A DNA stretch of 64,000 nt from Actinomycetes bacterium (GTDB taxonomy: Bacteria > Actinomycetota > CALGFH01). Position 1 is the first letter of the stretch. Every line of letters begins with the position of its first letter. Both the position numbers and the translations under genes were made by a program. Positions 34,215 to 47,300 of the stretch are shown here, one piece after another. The notes under the pieces were generated by a model, which worked only from the letters and a program-made list of their open reading frames with translations, did not search any database and was not told the origin of the DNA. Where the stretch lies: NCBI GenBank assembly GCA_035263405.1, contig DATFRI010000055.1:7802-71801 (forward strand), given 5' to 3'.

Positions 34215-34510
34215 GCGGACCGTTCGCCGGCCGCGGCGAGCGCTTCGACGCCGGCCTGGAGCTGCTGGTCGCGCTGACCTATTTCTCCCTCGGCGAGCAG
34301 CACACCGAGGAGTCGCTGCACAACCTGCGCACCTACTACGGCTTCGTCGGCGACTGGGCCGAGCGCGTGGCCACGAGCGCCCCGCGCACGCCCGAGGCCG
34401 TGCGCGAGCGGGCCAAGGCGTTCGAGCAGCTCGGTGTGGACGAGCTGGTGTTCGACCCGACCGTCGCCGACCTCGACCAGGTCGACCTCCTCGCCGACGC
34501 GGTGGGGTAG
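34211..34510 (+). pseudogene. C-terminal remnant of a luciferase-like (LLM class) flavin/F420-dependent oxidoreductase
   Basis: The 99-aa ORF matches only the last third or so of LLM oxidoreductases (NLRTYYGFVGDWAERVA...FEQLGVDELVFDPTVADLDQVDLLADAV). The upstream DNA is occupied by the DUF1003 gene in another frame. A GTGA overlap means the fragment could still be translated. Confidence 0.5.
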
Positions 34511-34522
34511 GCGGCCGGGGCG

Positions 34523-35497
34523 TCACAGCCAGCCGCTGCGCTTGAACCGCAGGTACAGCCACGCGCACACGCAGGCCATCACCCCCAGCGCCAGCGGGTA
34601 CCCGGAGACCCAGCCCAGCTCCGGCATGTGTTCGAAGTTCATGCCGTAGATCCCCGCGATCATCGTCGGCACCGCCAGGATCGCCACCCACGCCGAGATG
34701 CGGCGCATGTCCTGGTTCTGCTGCACGCTGATCTGCGCGAGGTTGGCGTCCAGCATGCTGGTCAGCAGGTTGTTGAAGCCGCCGACCTCCTCGACCACCC
34801 GCAGCAGGTGGTCGTGGGCGTCGCGGAAGTACTTGCGGGTGTCGGGGTGGACGGCCGGGCACTCGGTGTGGGTGAGCCAGGTGAGCGGGTCGATCAGCGG
34901 CGCGGCCGCGCGGTGGAACGCGAGCACCTCGCGCTTGAGCTTGTAGATGCGCTCGGCGATGCTCGCGCGGTACTCGGGGGAGAACACCTGCTGCTCGATC
35001 TCCTGCACGTCGTGGTCGACGCCGCGGATCACCGGCGCGTAGTCGTCCACCACCTTGTCGACGACCGCGTGCAGGACCGCGCCGGGACCGAGCGCGAGGA
35101 ACCCCTCGCGGCCCTCGAGGCTGCGGCGGACCTCGCCGAGCGGGCTCGGCGTGCCGTGGCGGACGGTGATCACGAACCCCTCGCCGACGAACAGGATGAT
35201 CTGGCCGAACTCGATGACCTCCTGGGGATCGACGTAGCGCGCGGTCTTCAGCACCACGAACAGGGTGCGGTCGTACAGCTCCAGCTTGGGGCGCTGGTGG
35301 GGCGTGAGCGCGTCCTCGACCGCGAGGTGGTGCAGCGAGAACTCGTGGCTGATCTCGTCGAACTCCTCGGGCGTGGGCTCGTGGAGGCCGAGCCAGACGA
35401 ACGCCTGCTCGCGGTGGCCGGCCTCGAACGCGTCCTGGAGCTCGAGCACGCCCGGCCGCCGGGTCCCGTGCTCGTAGACGGCGCAGTCGGTGATCAC
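34523..35497 (-). CDS. corA: magnesium/cobalt transporter CorA
   Basis: 324-aa ORF with a GTG start. It has the YGMNFEHMPEL (GMN) motif and two C-terminal TM helices. Confidence 0.93.
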   Translation of the reverse strand: MITDCAVYEHGTRRPGVLELQDAFEAGHREQAFVWLGLHEPTPEEFDEISHEFSLHHLAVEDALTPHQRPKLELYDRTLFVVLKTARYVDPQEVIEFGQIILFVGEGFVITVRHGTPSPLGEVRRSLEGREGFLALGPGAVLHAVVDKVVDDYAPVIRGVDHDVQEIEQQVFSPEYRASIAERIYKLKREVLAFHRAAAPLIDPLTWLTHTECPAVHPDTRKYFRDAHDHLLRVVEEVGGFNNLLTSMLDANLAQISVQQNQDMRRISAWVAILAVPTMIAGIYGMNFEHMPELGWVSGYPLALGVMACVCAWLYLRFKRSGWL

Positions 35498-35542
35498 CGC
35501 CCGATTATCGGCCCGCCCGCCGGGGCCTGCACCGATTCGGTT

Positions 35543-37339
35543 TCAGCTCGCCTCGATCGTGGCGATCATCGCCCCGGTCGCGACGCTCTCGCCCTCGGCG
35601 ACCGCGAGCTTGGAGACGACGCCGGCCTGGTGGACGGTGACGTGGTTCTCCATCTTCATCGCCTCCAGCACGACCAGCGTCTGGCCGGGCGCGACGGTGT
35701 CGCCCTCGGCGACCAGGACCTTCACGATCGTGCCCTGCATCGGCGTGGTGACCACCTCGCGGCCCGGACCGCCCGACTCGGCGCGCGCCCGCTCCAGCGC
35801 CTTGGGGGAGCGCGGGGTCCGGGGCCGCTTGGGGACCGGGACCGGCTCCTGGGGGAGCACCGCGACCTCGAACCGCTTGTCCTCCAGCTCGATCACCATC
35901 CGCCGCGGCGGCGGCTTGGCCGCCGGTCGCGCGTCGGCGGCCGGCACGCTCGCGGGCGCCAGCGAGGACAGGTCCATCTCCTGCTCGACCAGCGTGGTCG
36001 AGACGTGGCCCGCGGCGAACGCCGGGTCGGCCATGGCGAGCTTGTGGAAGGGGATCGTGGTGGGCACGCCGGCGATCTCGAACTCCCCCAGCGCCCGCAG
36101 CATCCGGCGCCGGGCCCGCTCGCGGTCCTCGCCCCACACGATCAGCTTGGCGAGCAGGGAGTCGTAGGCCTGCGGCACCGTGAAGCCGGTGCGCACGCCG
36201 GCGTCCACCCGGATCCCGGGCCCGCTCGGCTCGCGCCAGGCCGTGATCGGCCCCGGGGCCGGCAGGAAGCCCGCGCCGGGGTCCTCGGCGTTGATCCGGC
36301 ATTCGAGCGCGTGCCCGCGCGGGCGCAGCTCCCCCAGCACGTCCGCCAGGTGCTCGCCGGCCGCGATCCTGAGCTGCGCCTGCACCAGGTCGATGCCGGC
36401 GACCAGCTCCGTCACCGGGTGCTCGACCTGCAGGCGGGTGTTCATCTCCAGGAAGTACACCTGCTCGGTCGCCGGGTCGAAGAGGAACTCCACGGTGCCC
36501 GCGTTGGCGTAGCCGGCGGTGTCGGCGATCGCCACCGCCGCGCCGGCGAGCGCCTTGCGGACCGTCTCGGACAGCCCCGGGGCGGGCGCCTCCTCCACCA
36601 GCTTCTGGTGGCGCCGCTGCAGGGAGCAGTCGCGGTCGCCGACGAAGGCGACCTCGCCGTGCTCGTCGGCGAGCACCTGCGCCTCCACGTGGCGCGGCGC
36701 GACCAGGTAGCGCTCCAGATAGACCTCCGAGCGGCCGAACGCCGCCAGGGACTCGCGCTCGGCCGACTCGAGCGCGGCGGCGGCCTCCTCGGGCCCGGCG
36801 ACGACCTTCATCCCGCGGCCGCCGCCGCCGAACGCGGCCTTGAGCGCGACCGGGTAGCCGTGCCGCTCACCGAACGCGCGCACGCCCTCGGCCCCGGGGA
36901 CCGGCTCGAGCGTGCCGGGCACCAGCGGCGCGCCCGCGCGCTCGGCCATCTTGCGGGCCGACATCTTGTCGCCCATGACCGCGATCGCCTCCGGGCCCGG
37001 GCCGACCCAGCGCAGCCCCGCGTCGAGCACCGCCTGGGCGAAGCCGGCGTTCTCCGCGAGGAACCCGTAGCCCGGATGCACGGCGTCGACGCCGGCCCTG
37101 GCCGCGACCCGCAGGATCGCGGCGCCGTCGAGGTAGCTCCTGGCCGGCGTGGCCGGGCCGATGTGCCAGGCCTCGTCGGCGGCCAGGACGTGCGGGGCGT
37201 CGCGGTCGGCGTCGGAGTACACGGCGACGCCGCGCAGGCCCAGCTCGGCGCAGGCACGCAGGATCCGGACCGCGATCTCGCCGCGGTTGGCCACCAGCAC
37301 CTTGCCGACGGGACCGGAGCCGATGCCGCCGGGCCTCAT
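35543..37339 (-). CDS. acyl-CoA carboxylase alpha subunit (biotin carboxylase plus BCCP domain), AccA3-like
   Basis: The ATG at 37339 gives MRPGGIGSGPVGKVLVANRGEIAVRILRA. The product has biotin carboxylase motifs and the C-terminal LEAMKMEN biotinylation site. Confidence 0.92.
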   Translation of the reverse strand: MRPGGIGSGPVGKVLVANRGEIAVRILRACAELGLRGVAVYSDADRDAPHVLAADEAWHIGPATPARSYLDGAAILRVAARAGVDAVHPGYGFLAENAGFAQAVLDAGLRWVGPGPEAIAVMGDKMSARKMAERAGAPLVPGTLEPVPGAEGVRAFGERHGYPVALKAAFGGGGRGMKVVAGPEEAAAALESAERESLAAFGRSEVYLERYLVAPRHVEAQVLADEHGEVAFVGDRDCSLQRRHQKLVEEAPAPGLSETVRKALAGAAVAIADTAGYANAGTVEFLFDPATEQVYFLEMNTRLQVEHPVTELVAGIDLVQAQLRIAAGEHLADVLGELRPRGHALECRINAEDPGAGFLPAPGPITAWREPSGPGIRVDAGVRTGFTVPQAYDSLLAKLIVWGEDRERARRRMLRALGEFEIAGVPTTIPFHKLAMADPAFAAGHVSTTLVEQEMDLSSLAPASVPAADARPAAKPPPRRMVIELEDKRFEVAVLPQEPVPVPKRPRTPRSPKALERARAESGGPGREVVTTPMQGTIVKVLVAEGDTVAPGQTLVVLEAMKMENHVTVHQAGVVSKLAVAEGESVATGAMIATIEAS

Positions 37340-37539
37340 GCCACCGGGTCCATGCTCATGCCACCGGGTCCACGACCGCCTGCCTCCTCCCCGTGCGGCC
37401 ACCGGCCCGTTCGCGGCCCGGCGCGCCCCGGGGCAAGCCTACCCAAGTGGCCGCGTCCGCGACGCCGGCCGCACGCCAGATCACGGAACGGTCACGGGAG
37501 GATGAACGAACCCGTCCGGGTGCGGCAGGATGTCCCGCC

Positions 37540-39165
37540 ATGGGGAGAACGAGCCTCGCGCGCGCCATCCTGCCGGTCCGGCCGGTCCTGCTCCTGGCGC
37601 TGACCATGTCCCTGCCGCTGGCCGCGGGCTGCACGGGGATGGCGGACCAGAGCCTGTCGGTCAAGCACGGCCCGGCTGCCGCGCCCACCACCACGCTGCC
37701 CGCCACGGCGTTCCGGCCGTCGGACCCGCTGCTCGCCGCGCTGCGCGGGGGCGGCCACGTGCTGGTCATGCTGCCCACCCGCAGCAGCGGCCGCGACCGG
37801 GACCTGAGCGACCTGGGCAACTGCGGTGACCAGCGGGAGCTGACCGCGGACGGGCGGGCGCAGGCGCAGGAGATCGGCGCGGCCGTCCGTCGGCTCGCCG
37901 TGCCCGTGGACAGCGTGCTGGCGAGCCCGCTGTGCCGCACCCGCGACACCGCCTGGCTGGCCTTCGACAGGGTCCAGGGCAGCACCGCGCTGGCGCCGCC
38001 GGACGGCCGGGACGCCGCCGCCCGCGGCCGTGCCGGCGCCCGCCTGCGCGCGCTCGCCGGCCGCTCGCCCCACCCGGGCTTCAACACGGTGCTGGTGACC
38101 CACGAGGCGACGGTCATGGCCGCCTTCGGGATCACGCCCGGCGACGGCGAGACGCTGGTGTACCGCCCGATCCCGGGCAGGCGGCCGCGCCTGGTGGGCC
38201 GCATCCTCGCGGACGGCTGGACCCGGCTCGCCGGCCGCGACGGCACGGCGGCCGGGCCGCCGAGCGGCGTGGTGGTCCGGGAGTACGCGCTGCCGAAGGG
38301 GACCCGCCCGAGCGACGTCGCGCCCGCCCCCCGCGGCACGGCGGTGTGGTTCGCCGCGCCGGGCACCGGCCAGCTCGGCCGGCTGGATCCCGGCCGCGGC
38401 GGGACCGAGTTCATCGACCTCGGCGTGGGCGCCCGGCCGACCAGGGTGGTGGTCGCGCCCGACGGGTCCCCGTGGGTGGCCGACGCCGGCCGCAACGCGC
38501 TGGTGCGGGTCGACCCGACCACCCGCCGCCTCCAGCGCTTCCCGCTCCCGCGCAGCCGGGCCCCGGCCGACCTCGGGGCGCTGGCCTTCGACCGCCAGGG
38601 GACGCTGTGGTTCACCGGCCGGCGCGGCATGATCGGCCGGCTCGACGTGCGCTCGGGCGGGATGGAGGTGTTCGACTCGCCGCGCGGGCCGGGGCCGGAG
38701 GGCATCGCCACCACGGCCGGCGGCGAGGTGTACTACGCGTCGGGTGCCGGCGGCTACCTCGGGCGCGTCGACGTGGAGACCGGCGCGACCGAGGTCATCG
38801 AGCCGCCCACGCCGGCCCAGGGGATGTCCAGGCTCGCGGTGGACCCCCGCGGGCGCCTGTGGCTGTCCGAGCAGCGCGCGGGCAGGATCGCGGTGTTCGA
38901 CCCGGCCGCCCGCGGCTGGCGTGAGTGGCGGCTGCCCGGCGCCGGCTCCCGGCCGGTCGGCCTGTGGCTCGACGCGGCCGGGACGGTGTGGGTGAGCGAC
39001 CCCGGCGCCGGCGCGGTGGTGGCGTTCGACCCGCTGACCGAGCGTTTCACCAGCGTGCCGCTGCCGGTGCGCGACGCCGACGCGGGCGAGCTGCGCGGCC
39101 GCCGCGACCAGCTCTGGGTCGCGGCCGCCGGCGCGGACCGGCTGGTGGCCGTGCTGCGGCGCTGA
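37540..39165 (+). CDS. lipoprotein: histidine-phosphatase-like domain fused to a Vgb (streptogramin lyase)-like beta-propeller
   Basis: The ATG at 37540 gives a signal peptide with lipobox LPLAAGC. The next region resembles the histidine phosphatase superfamily (VLVTHEATV), but its first motif reads PTRSS rather than RHG. It is followed by repeated blades of the form G.LWF....G.IGRLD. Confidence 0.7.
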   Translation: MGRTSLARAILPVRPVLLLALTMSLPLAAGCTGMADQSLSVKHGPAAAPTTTLPATAFRPSDPLLAALRGGGHVLVMLPTRSSGRDRDLSDLGNCGDQRELTADGRAQAQEIGAAVRRLAVPVDSVLASPLCRTRDTAWLAFDRVQGSTALAPPDGRDAAARGRAGARLRALAGRSPHPGFNTVLVTHEATVMAAFGITPGDGETLVYRPIPGRRPRLVGRILADGWTRLAGRDGTAAGPPSGVVVREYALPKGTRPSDVAPAPRGTAVWFAAPGTGQLGRLDPGRGGTEFIDLGVGARPTRVVVAPDGSPWVADAGRNALVRVDPTTRRLQRFPLPRSRAPADLGALAFDRQGTLWFTGRRGMIGRLDVRSGGMEVFDSPRGPGPEGIATTAGGEVYYASGAGGYLGRVDVETGATEVIEPPTPAQGMSRLAVDPRGRLWLSEQRAGRIAVFDPAARGWREWRLPGAGSRPVGLWLDAAGTVWVSDPGAGAVVAFDPLTERFTSVPLPVRDADAGELRGRRDQLWVAAAGADRLVAVLRR

Positions 39166-40311
39166 GCGGGGTGCCCGCCGGAGCCGGCGCGATCCTCAGG
39201 GTGCGCGGCCGTAGCCGGCGCGGTCGACCGAGGCCCAGCGGGCGCCCACCGGCCACCCCGGCGACCCGGGGTCCGCGCGCCCGGCCCGCGCCCACGGTCC
39301 GGGGTCGCCGCCGCGCTCCAGCGCGGCCAGCCGGTCGAGCGCGGCGGCCAGGACCTCCAGCTCCTGCGGGGTCGCCTCGCCGCGCAGGAGCTGGAAGCGC
39401 AGCCCCGCCGGGGTGACGTGCACGTCCGCCCCGCCGCCGCTCACGCCCGGTCTCCGCGCCGCGCGCGGCCGGCCCCGCTGCGCGCCAGGACCGCCCGGCA
39501 CAGCGCCTCGGGGTCGGCGGGGGAGACGAACAGCTTGTAGCCCGGCCACTCCAGCAGCACCCCGCGCCGCCGGTCGGTGGCGTACACCTTGAAGCGGCCC
39601 CAGTGGCGGTTGGAGAACCAGCCCCACCACCCGAACAGGCCACCCGACCCCAACCGGCGCCGGCTGCGCGGCATCGCGGTCGTCCTGGCGGCGGCGAGGC
39701 CCACCAGCGGGAACAGCAGCGGCCGGGCGGCGCGCCTGGTCACCGCCAGGTCGTGCGCGCCGAGCGCGTAGCCGGCCGGCGAGAAGGCCAGCGGCAGCAT
39801 CAGGACGGCGACGAACAGGCTGGGCGCGCCGACCAGCACGACCAGCCCGCCGTCGGCGAGGAACGCCAGCAGCAGCGACTCGCCCACCACCACGAGCGCG
39901 ACCAGCGAGGTGATCACCCGCGCGGCCGGCTCCAGCGGCGCGGACCGGTGCACCTCCTGGACCGTCATCGACCGCACCGACCGGCGCCGCCGCTCGGGGT
40001 CTGCCGTCCGCCCGCCGCCGGTCATCATGGGTCGGCGCCAGCGGCGCCGGGGACGCCGGTCAAAGCGGGATGTTGCCGTGCTTGCGGGCGGGACGGGGCT
40101 CGCGCTTGCTGTTGCAGATCTCCAGCGCCTGGATCAGCTTGGGGCGGGTGACCTGCGGCTCGATCACCTCGTCGATGTAGCCGCGCTCGGCGGCGACGAA
40201 CGGGTTGGCGAACCGGTCGGTGTACTCGGCGACCAGCTCCTCGCGCCGGGCGGCGGGGTCGTCGGCCGCCTCGATCTCGCGCCGGTTGATGATGTTGACC
40301 GCGCCCTGCGG

Positions 40312-40347
<36 letters not shown>

Positions 40348-41304
40348 GTTCACGTCCGCGCGCAGCGCCTTGGACGCCATCACGATGTACGCGCCGCCGT
40401 AGGCCTTGCGGGTGATCACCGTCAGCTTGGGGACGGTCGCCTCGGCGAAGGCGTACAGCAGCTTGGCCCCGTGCCGGATGATCCCGCCCCATTCCTGGCT
40501 GGTGCCCGGCATGAACCCGGGCACGTCCACGAAGGTGACCAGCGGGATGTTGAACGCGTCGCAGAAGCGCACGAAGCGCGCGCCCTTGGCGGAGGCGTTG
40601 ACGTCCAGCACGCCGGCCAGGTGCAGCGGCTGGTTGCCGACCAGCCCGACCGTGCGGCCGTCCAGCCGCGCGAACCCGACCACCAGCGACTCCGCCCAGG
40701 CGGGCTGGACCTCCATGAACTCGGCGTCGTCGACGACCCGCCGGATCACCTCGCGGATGTCGTACGGCTGGTTCGGGGAGTCGGGCACCAGGTCGATCAG
40801 GCTCGGGTCCTCGCGGCGCGGGTCGTCGGTCGCCGGGCGGCGCGGCGGGTCCTCGACGTTGTTGGCGGGCAGGTAGGCGAGCAGCTGGCGGACGAGGTCG
40901 AAGCACTCGTCCTCGTCCTCGGCGGCGAAGTGGGCCGTCCCGGACTTGGTGGCGTGCGTGACCGCGCCGCCCAGCTCCTCGAAGGTCACGTCCTCCCCGG
41001 TCACGGTCTTGATGACCTCGGGGCCGGTGATGAACATGTGCGAGGTGTCCTTGACCATGAGGACGAAGTCGGTGATCGCCGGGGAGTAGACCGCCCCGCC
41101 CGCGCACGGCCCCATGATCAGGCTGAGCTGCGGGATCACCCCGGACGCCTGGACGTTGCGCCAGAAGATCTCCGCGTAGCCGTTGAGGGAGACCACGCCC
41201 TCCTGGATGCGCGCGCCGCCGGAGTCGTTGATCCCGATGCAGGGCACGCCCATCTTGAGGGCCAGCTCCTGCACCTTGCAGATCTTCTCCGCGACGACCT
41301 CGCC

Positions 41305-41340
<36 letters not shown>

Positions 41341-44300
41341 CACGCACACGCGGCGGCCGTCGATCATGCCGTGGCCGGTGACCACCCCGTCCCCGGGCAC
41401 CTTGCGGCGGTCCATCCCGAAATCGGTCGAGCGGTGCACCGCGAACATGTCCGTCTCGGTGAGCGACCCGGGGTCCAGCAGCGCGTCGATCCGCTCGCGA
41501 GCGGTCAGCTTGCCCTTGGCGTGCTGGGCCTCGACGGCCTTGTCGCTGCCCGCGTGCAGCGCGGCCTCGGTCCGGGTGCGCAGCTGGTCGATGCGCTCCT
41601 TCATCGTCATGGGTTCGTGCGCCGCCACGCCACCTCCACGCTCGCCAGCCACTCGCTGCGGGACGTGCCATTGTATGGCGTCATGCGACCCGACCCGCCT
41701 GCCGGCCCACAGCCCGCTGGCGACCCGCTCGAGGCGGCGGCTCGGCGGCTGCCGGCGTTCTTCGCCCCGGTCGAGATCGCCGCGTCCCTGCCGAGCACGA
41801 TGGTGCGCGCCGCCGAGCTGGCCGAGCGCGGCCGGCCCGAGGGCGCGACCGTGCTGGCCGACCACCAGACGTCGGGGCGGGGCCGGCTCGGCCGTGCCTG
41901 GCTGGCGCCGCCCGGGTCCTCCCTGCTGGTGTCGGTCGTGCTGCGGCCGGTCGCGGCGCGGGTCTGGCCGGTGCTGGTCGCCGCCGGCCTGGCGCTGGTC
42001 GAGGCGGTCGGCGAGGTGCTCGGCCAGGCGGGCGCCGGGGAGGTCGAGGTCGCGCTCAAGTGGCCCAACGACCTGCTGGTCGGGGGGCGCAAGGCCGCGG
42101 GCCTGCTCGCCGAGGCCGCGGCGGGCGCGCTGGTGCTCGGCATGGGGGTGAACGTGCGCCAGGAGCGCTTCCCGCCGGAGCTGCGCGGCAGGGTCACCAG
42201 CCTGGCCCTGGCGGCCGGGCGGCCGGTCTCGCGCGCGCCGCTGCTGGCCGCCTGGGGCCGCGGCTTCGTCGCCCGCTACCAGGCGATCGGCGAGCACCCG
42301 GGCGCGCTGCTGCCGGAGTACCGGGCCTGCCTGGCCACCCTCGGCCAGCGCGTGCGGGTGCAGCGTCTCGCCGGACCGCCGCTCACCGGCCGGGCGGTCG
42401 ACGTGCGCCAGGGCGGGGCGCTGGTCGTGCGGCTGGACGGCGGCGACACCGTCGAGGTCGCGGCCGGCGACGTCGAGCACCTGCGGCCCGCCGCGCCCGC
42501 CGACCGGCCACCCGGCTGACCTCCGGGCGCACGGAGGCCCGCGGCGGCCCGGGACGTCGGCGGTGCTGGCGAAGCCGGCGACCTGGCATGAAACTGTCGT
42601 GCAGCATGCGCACGCGGGCACTCCGCGCGTGCCGAGCGGCGAGAGGCGGCGATGGCCAACCCCAGCAGGCGCACCGGCCCCGACGAGGTGGTGGTGTTCC
42701 GGACCAGGCAGCACTGGCTGGTCCTGCTGCGGCCGGTGCTGAGCGGGGCCGCCATCCTGCTCGGCGGTTCGGTCCTGTGGTCGCTGATGCCCGGCGGCGC
42801 CCTCCAGGAGGCCCTGCGCTTCGTCGTGATCGCGCTGTGCATCGGCCTGCTGCTGTGGTGGGTGCTGCCACCCATCGCGCGCTGGGCCGGGACCCGCCTG
42901 ATCGTCACCGACCGGCGGCTGCTGTACCGCCGCCGGCCGATCGGCAGGTTCACCCGGGACGTGCCGCTGGACCAGCTCACCGAGGTGGCCGTCGTCCAGT
43001 CGCTGCTGGAGCGGATGGCCGGCACCGGCGACCTGGTGATGCGGGTCGCCGGGGAGCCGGGCCGGATCAACGTCGCGGACGTGCCCCGGCCCGACCGCGT
43101 CCGCGAGCTGATCGGGCGCCAGGTCCAGGGCCTGCACGCGCCCGAGGCCGCCGACTGGGAGCGGACGCCCCCGCAGCGGCTCGGGGATCCCGGTCCCGGC
43201 CGTGCCGGCGTCCCGGTCGACCCGGCGCCGGGGGAGCTTCGCCGGGTCGACCCCGACGGGACGGCCGGGACCGGCCCCGCCTCCGGCGTGGTCCAGCAGC
43301 TCCAGCACCTCGCCGACCTGCGCGACCGCGGCGTGGTGAGCAACGAGGAGTTCCAGCGCATCAAGGAGGACCTGCTGCGCCGGATGTGACCCCGAGGGGC
43401 GGAGGAGTCCGATGAGCCAGGCCGAGGCGTCCGCGACCGGCGAGCCGGGCCGGCCGGAGCCGGCGATCGCCGGGCGGGCGGAGCGCGCCCGCGCCGGCGG
43501 CGCCGAGCGCTACCACGCCAAGGCCCGCGAGCAGGGCAAGCTGTTCGTGCGCGAGCGGCTGCGCCGGCTGCTGGACCCGGCCGGCGCCCTGGTGGAGGAC
43601 GGGCTGCTCGCCAACGCGCTCGCGGGGGACCTGCCCGCCGACGGGGTGGTCACCGGCGTCGGCCAGGTCGGCGGGCGCCCGGTCGCCGTGGTCGCCAACG
43701 ACTCGACCGTCAAGGCGGGCTCGTGGGGCGCGCGCACGGTCGAGAAGATCATCCGCGCCGAGGAGTACGCGCTGCGCCACGAGGTCCCGCTGGTCTGGCT
43801 GGTCGACTCGGCGGGCGCCAGGATCACCGACCAGGTGGAGATGTTCCCCGGCCGCAGGGGAGCGGGACGGATCTTCCACAACCAGGTCAAACTCTCGGGC
43901 AGGGTGCCGCAGGTCTGCTGCCTGTTCGGCCCGTCGGCCGCGGGCGGCGCGTACATCCCCGCCTTCTGCGACGTCGTCCTCATGGTGGACGGCAACGCGT
44001 CCATGTACCTCGGGTCGCCGCGCATGGCCGAGATGGTGATCGGGGAGCGCACCACGCTGGAGGAGATGGGCGGGGCCGCGATGCACTGCCGCGTGTCGGG
44101 CTGCGGGGACCTGCTCGCCGCCGACGAGGACGAGGCGATCCAGGCCGCGCGCCGCTGGCTGGAGTACTTCCCGTCGAGCTGGCGCCGGGAGCCGCCGGCC
44201 GCGCCGGCGCGGGGTCCCGCCTACGCCGGCCCGGTGGCGCCGCTGATCCCGACCGACGAGGCCACCCCGTTCGACATGCTGGGCGTGGTCGCCGCGGTCG

Positions 44301-47300
44301 TCGACGAGGGCTCGCTGTTCGAGGTCAAGCGCGAGTTCGCGCCCGAGATCGTGTGCGGCCTGGCGCGGATCGAGGGGCGCGTGGTCGGGATCCTCGCCAA
44401 CCAGCCGCTGCACAAGGGCGGGGTGCTGTTCGTCGACTCGGCGGACAAGGCCGCCCGGTTCATCTGGCTGTGCGACGCGTTCAACATCCCGCTGCTGTTC
44501 CTCGCCGACGTGCCCGGGTTCATGATCGGCCGCGAGGTCGAGCGCCAGGGGATCATCCGCCACGGCGCCAAGATGATCACGGCGGTCAGCGAGGCGACCG
44601 TCCCCAAGCTCTGCGTGGTCGTCCGCAAGGCGTACGGCGCCGGGCTGTACGCGATGGCGGGACCCGGGTTCGAGCCCGACGCGACCCTGGCCCTGCCCAC
44701 CGCGTCGATCGCGGTGATGGGCCCGGAGGCGGCGGTCAACGCCGTCTACTACAACCGCCTGCAGGCCCTCGACCCCGGGCCGCGCGAGCGCGAGGCCGAG
44801 GCGCTGCAGCGCGCCTACCGCGAGGACGTCGACCTCGTCCGGCTCGCCGCCGACCTCGTCGTCGACGCCGTCGTGGACCCCGACCGGCTCCGCGCGGAGG
44901 TCGCCCGCCGCCTGGCCGCCGCCGCCGGCAAGGACCGCGCGTTCTCGGCCCGCCGCCACGGCGTGCCGCCGGTCTGACCGGGGGGGCTGCGCTGCGCTCC
45001 GCCCCCCCGGACCCCCCCGGGAGCCTCGGGCCTCGCCGGGTCTCCCCGGGTCGCCGGGTCTTTGGGGGTCGCCGGGTCTTTGGGGGTCGCCGGGTCAGAC
45101 GGCGGCGTTGACGATCCGGCCGAGGGCGACCATCCGGTTCCGCTGGCGGATCGCCACGCGCAGGCCGGGGCGCGCGACCACCGGCTGGCCGAGGCGCAGG
45201 CGGACCTCCAGGCGCTCGCCGGGCAGGGCGAGCTGCACGGCGCCGAGCTGCACGGTGCCCGGGATCAGCGCGCCCCACCAGGTCAGCACGTCGTAGTCGC
45301 CGCCGTCGCAGAGCGCGTCGCGGCCGCCCTCGTCGGGCGAGAGCACGTACACCTGGGCGCGCAGCTCGGGCTGCAGCGCGACCGAGCCGGGCTCGGCGAG
45401 CGCCTGGCCCTCGTCCGGCGCGCCGTCGCCCGGACCGCGCAGCAGCACGCCCACGGCGTCCCCGGGACGTGCCTGGTCCAGGCGCCGGTCGCGGCGCCCG
45501 ACGCTGGCGACGATCCGCCTGGCCCGGTCGGGGCAGGCGCCCACGAACTCGACCTCGTCGCCGACGCTGACGACGCCCTGCTCGACCCGGCCGGTCACGA
45601 CCGTGCCGCGGCCGGCGACCTCGAACGCCTCCTCCACCGGCAGCAGGAACGGCCGCTGGTCCGCGGGCGCCGGCACCGGGATCCAGCGCCCGCACGCCGT
45701 CATCAGCTCGACGATCCCCGCGGTCCACGACGGATCCCCGGCCAGCGCCCCCTCGGCCGAGACCCGCACGACCGGGACCTGCCACTCCCCGAAGCCGTGC
45801 TCGGCGAGCAGCTCGCGGACCTCCTGCTCGACCACGGCGAGCAGGTCCTCGTCGTCCACGAGGTCGGTCATGGTGAGCGCCACCACCAGCGCGGGGATTC
45901 CCACCTTGCGGGCGAGCAGCACCTGCTCGCGGGTCTGGGGGGTGGGCCCGTCCGCCGCGCTCACCGCCAGGATCGCCCCGTCGAGCTGCGCCCGGCCGGT
46001 GAGCAGCAGCCGCACCTCGTCCTCCGCCGGCTGCGTGTGCAGCAGCCAGCGGCGGCCGTCGACGGCCAGCTCGATCACCGGCTGCGGCTTCGCCGGCTCG
46101 AGGGTGCCGGCTCCGGGGCCGGGACGGGCCGGGCGGCCGCGGGCGGCCCCTGCGGGCGGGCCGGGGTCGCCCGCGCCGAGCACGCTGCCGATCGCCGCCG
46201 CCAGCGTCGCCTTGCCATGCCCGGCATGGCCGAGGACGCGGAGCCGGGGCAGCGCCCGTTCGTCTGGATGGGGGTCCATCGCTGAAGTCTCCCACGCCTT
46301 CGGAAACTCGCTCGCTCTGGTTTGTCGACCGTGCGACGCTTGGGGGCTTCATGCACTCATATCTTGCGGTGCTGGCGGCCGGGTTCCGCCGGCAGTCCAC
46401 CTATCGCTTCGCCCTGGTCGGCGGGCTTGGCACCAATGTCTTCTGGGGCGTGCTGCGCACGGTGGTGTTCCTCGCGCTCTACCGGCAGCGGGGACCGGTG
46501 GCCGGGCTCACCGTCGGGCAGGCCCTCACCTACGTCTGGGTCGGCCAGGCGATGTTCGGCGCGATCTGGGTGAACTGGCTGCAGGAGTTCCCCCGCAGCG
46601 TGCGCTCGGGCGAGTTCGCGGTCGAGCTGATCCGCCCGGGCGACCCGTACCTGCGGCTGCTCGCGTTCGACCTCGGCCGCAACCTCAACCAGATGCTGGT
46701 CCGCTCGACCCTGCCGCTGGCCGTCGCCGCGCTGGTCCTGCCCCTGGTGCTGCCGACCGGCCCCGCCGGGGTGCTCGCGCTGGTCGTCAGCGTGCTGCTC
46801 GCGGCCGTGGTCGGGTTCCAGCTCCGCTTCCTCGTGCTCGGGTCCGCGTTCTGGACCGCCGACTACAGGTTCGTGCTCCACCTGGTCTTCTCCGGTCTGT
46901 GGCTGGCGAGCGGCTTCGTGATCCCGACCGACTACTTCCCGCCGGCGCTGCGCGCGGTGGTCGGCGCGACCCCGCTGCACGCGATCCTGATGGCCCCGTT
47001 CCAGGTCGCGATCGGCCGGTCGGTGGCGGCGCAGCTCGCGCTCCAGGCCGGCTGGGTGCTGGCGCTCGCAGCGGCCGGCCGGAGCCTGCTCGCGCTCGCC
47101 GCGCGGCGCCTGGTGGTCCACGGTGGCTGACGCCGCGGCGGCCCGCGCGTGCGCCGCGGCGGCCCGCGCGGCGATGCGCGCGCAGGTGGGCACCCGCGGC
47201 TGGTTCGCCCTCAGGACCCTCACCGCCGGTTTCACCCAGCTCGCCGAGGTCGCCGGCTTCGTGCTGCTCGTCGACCGCTTCACGTCGCTGGCCGGCTGGA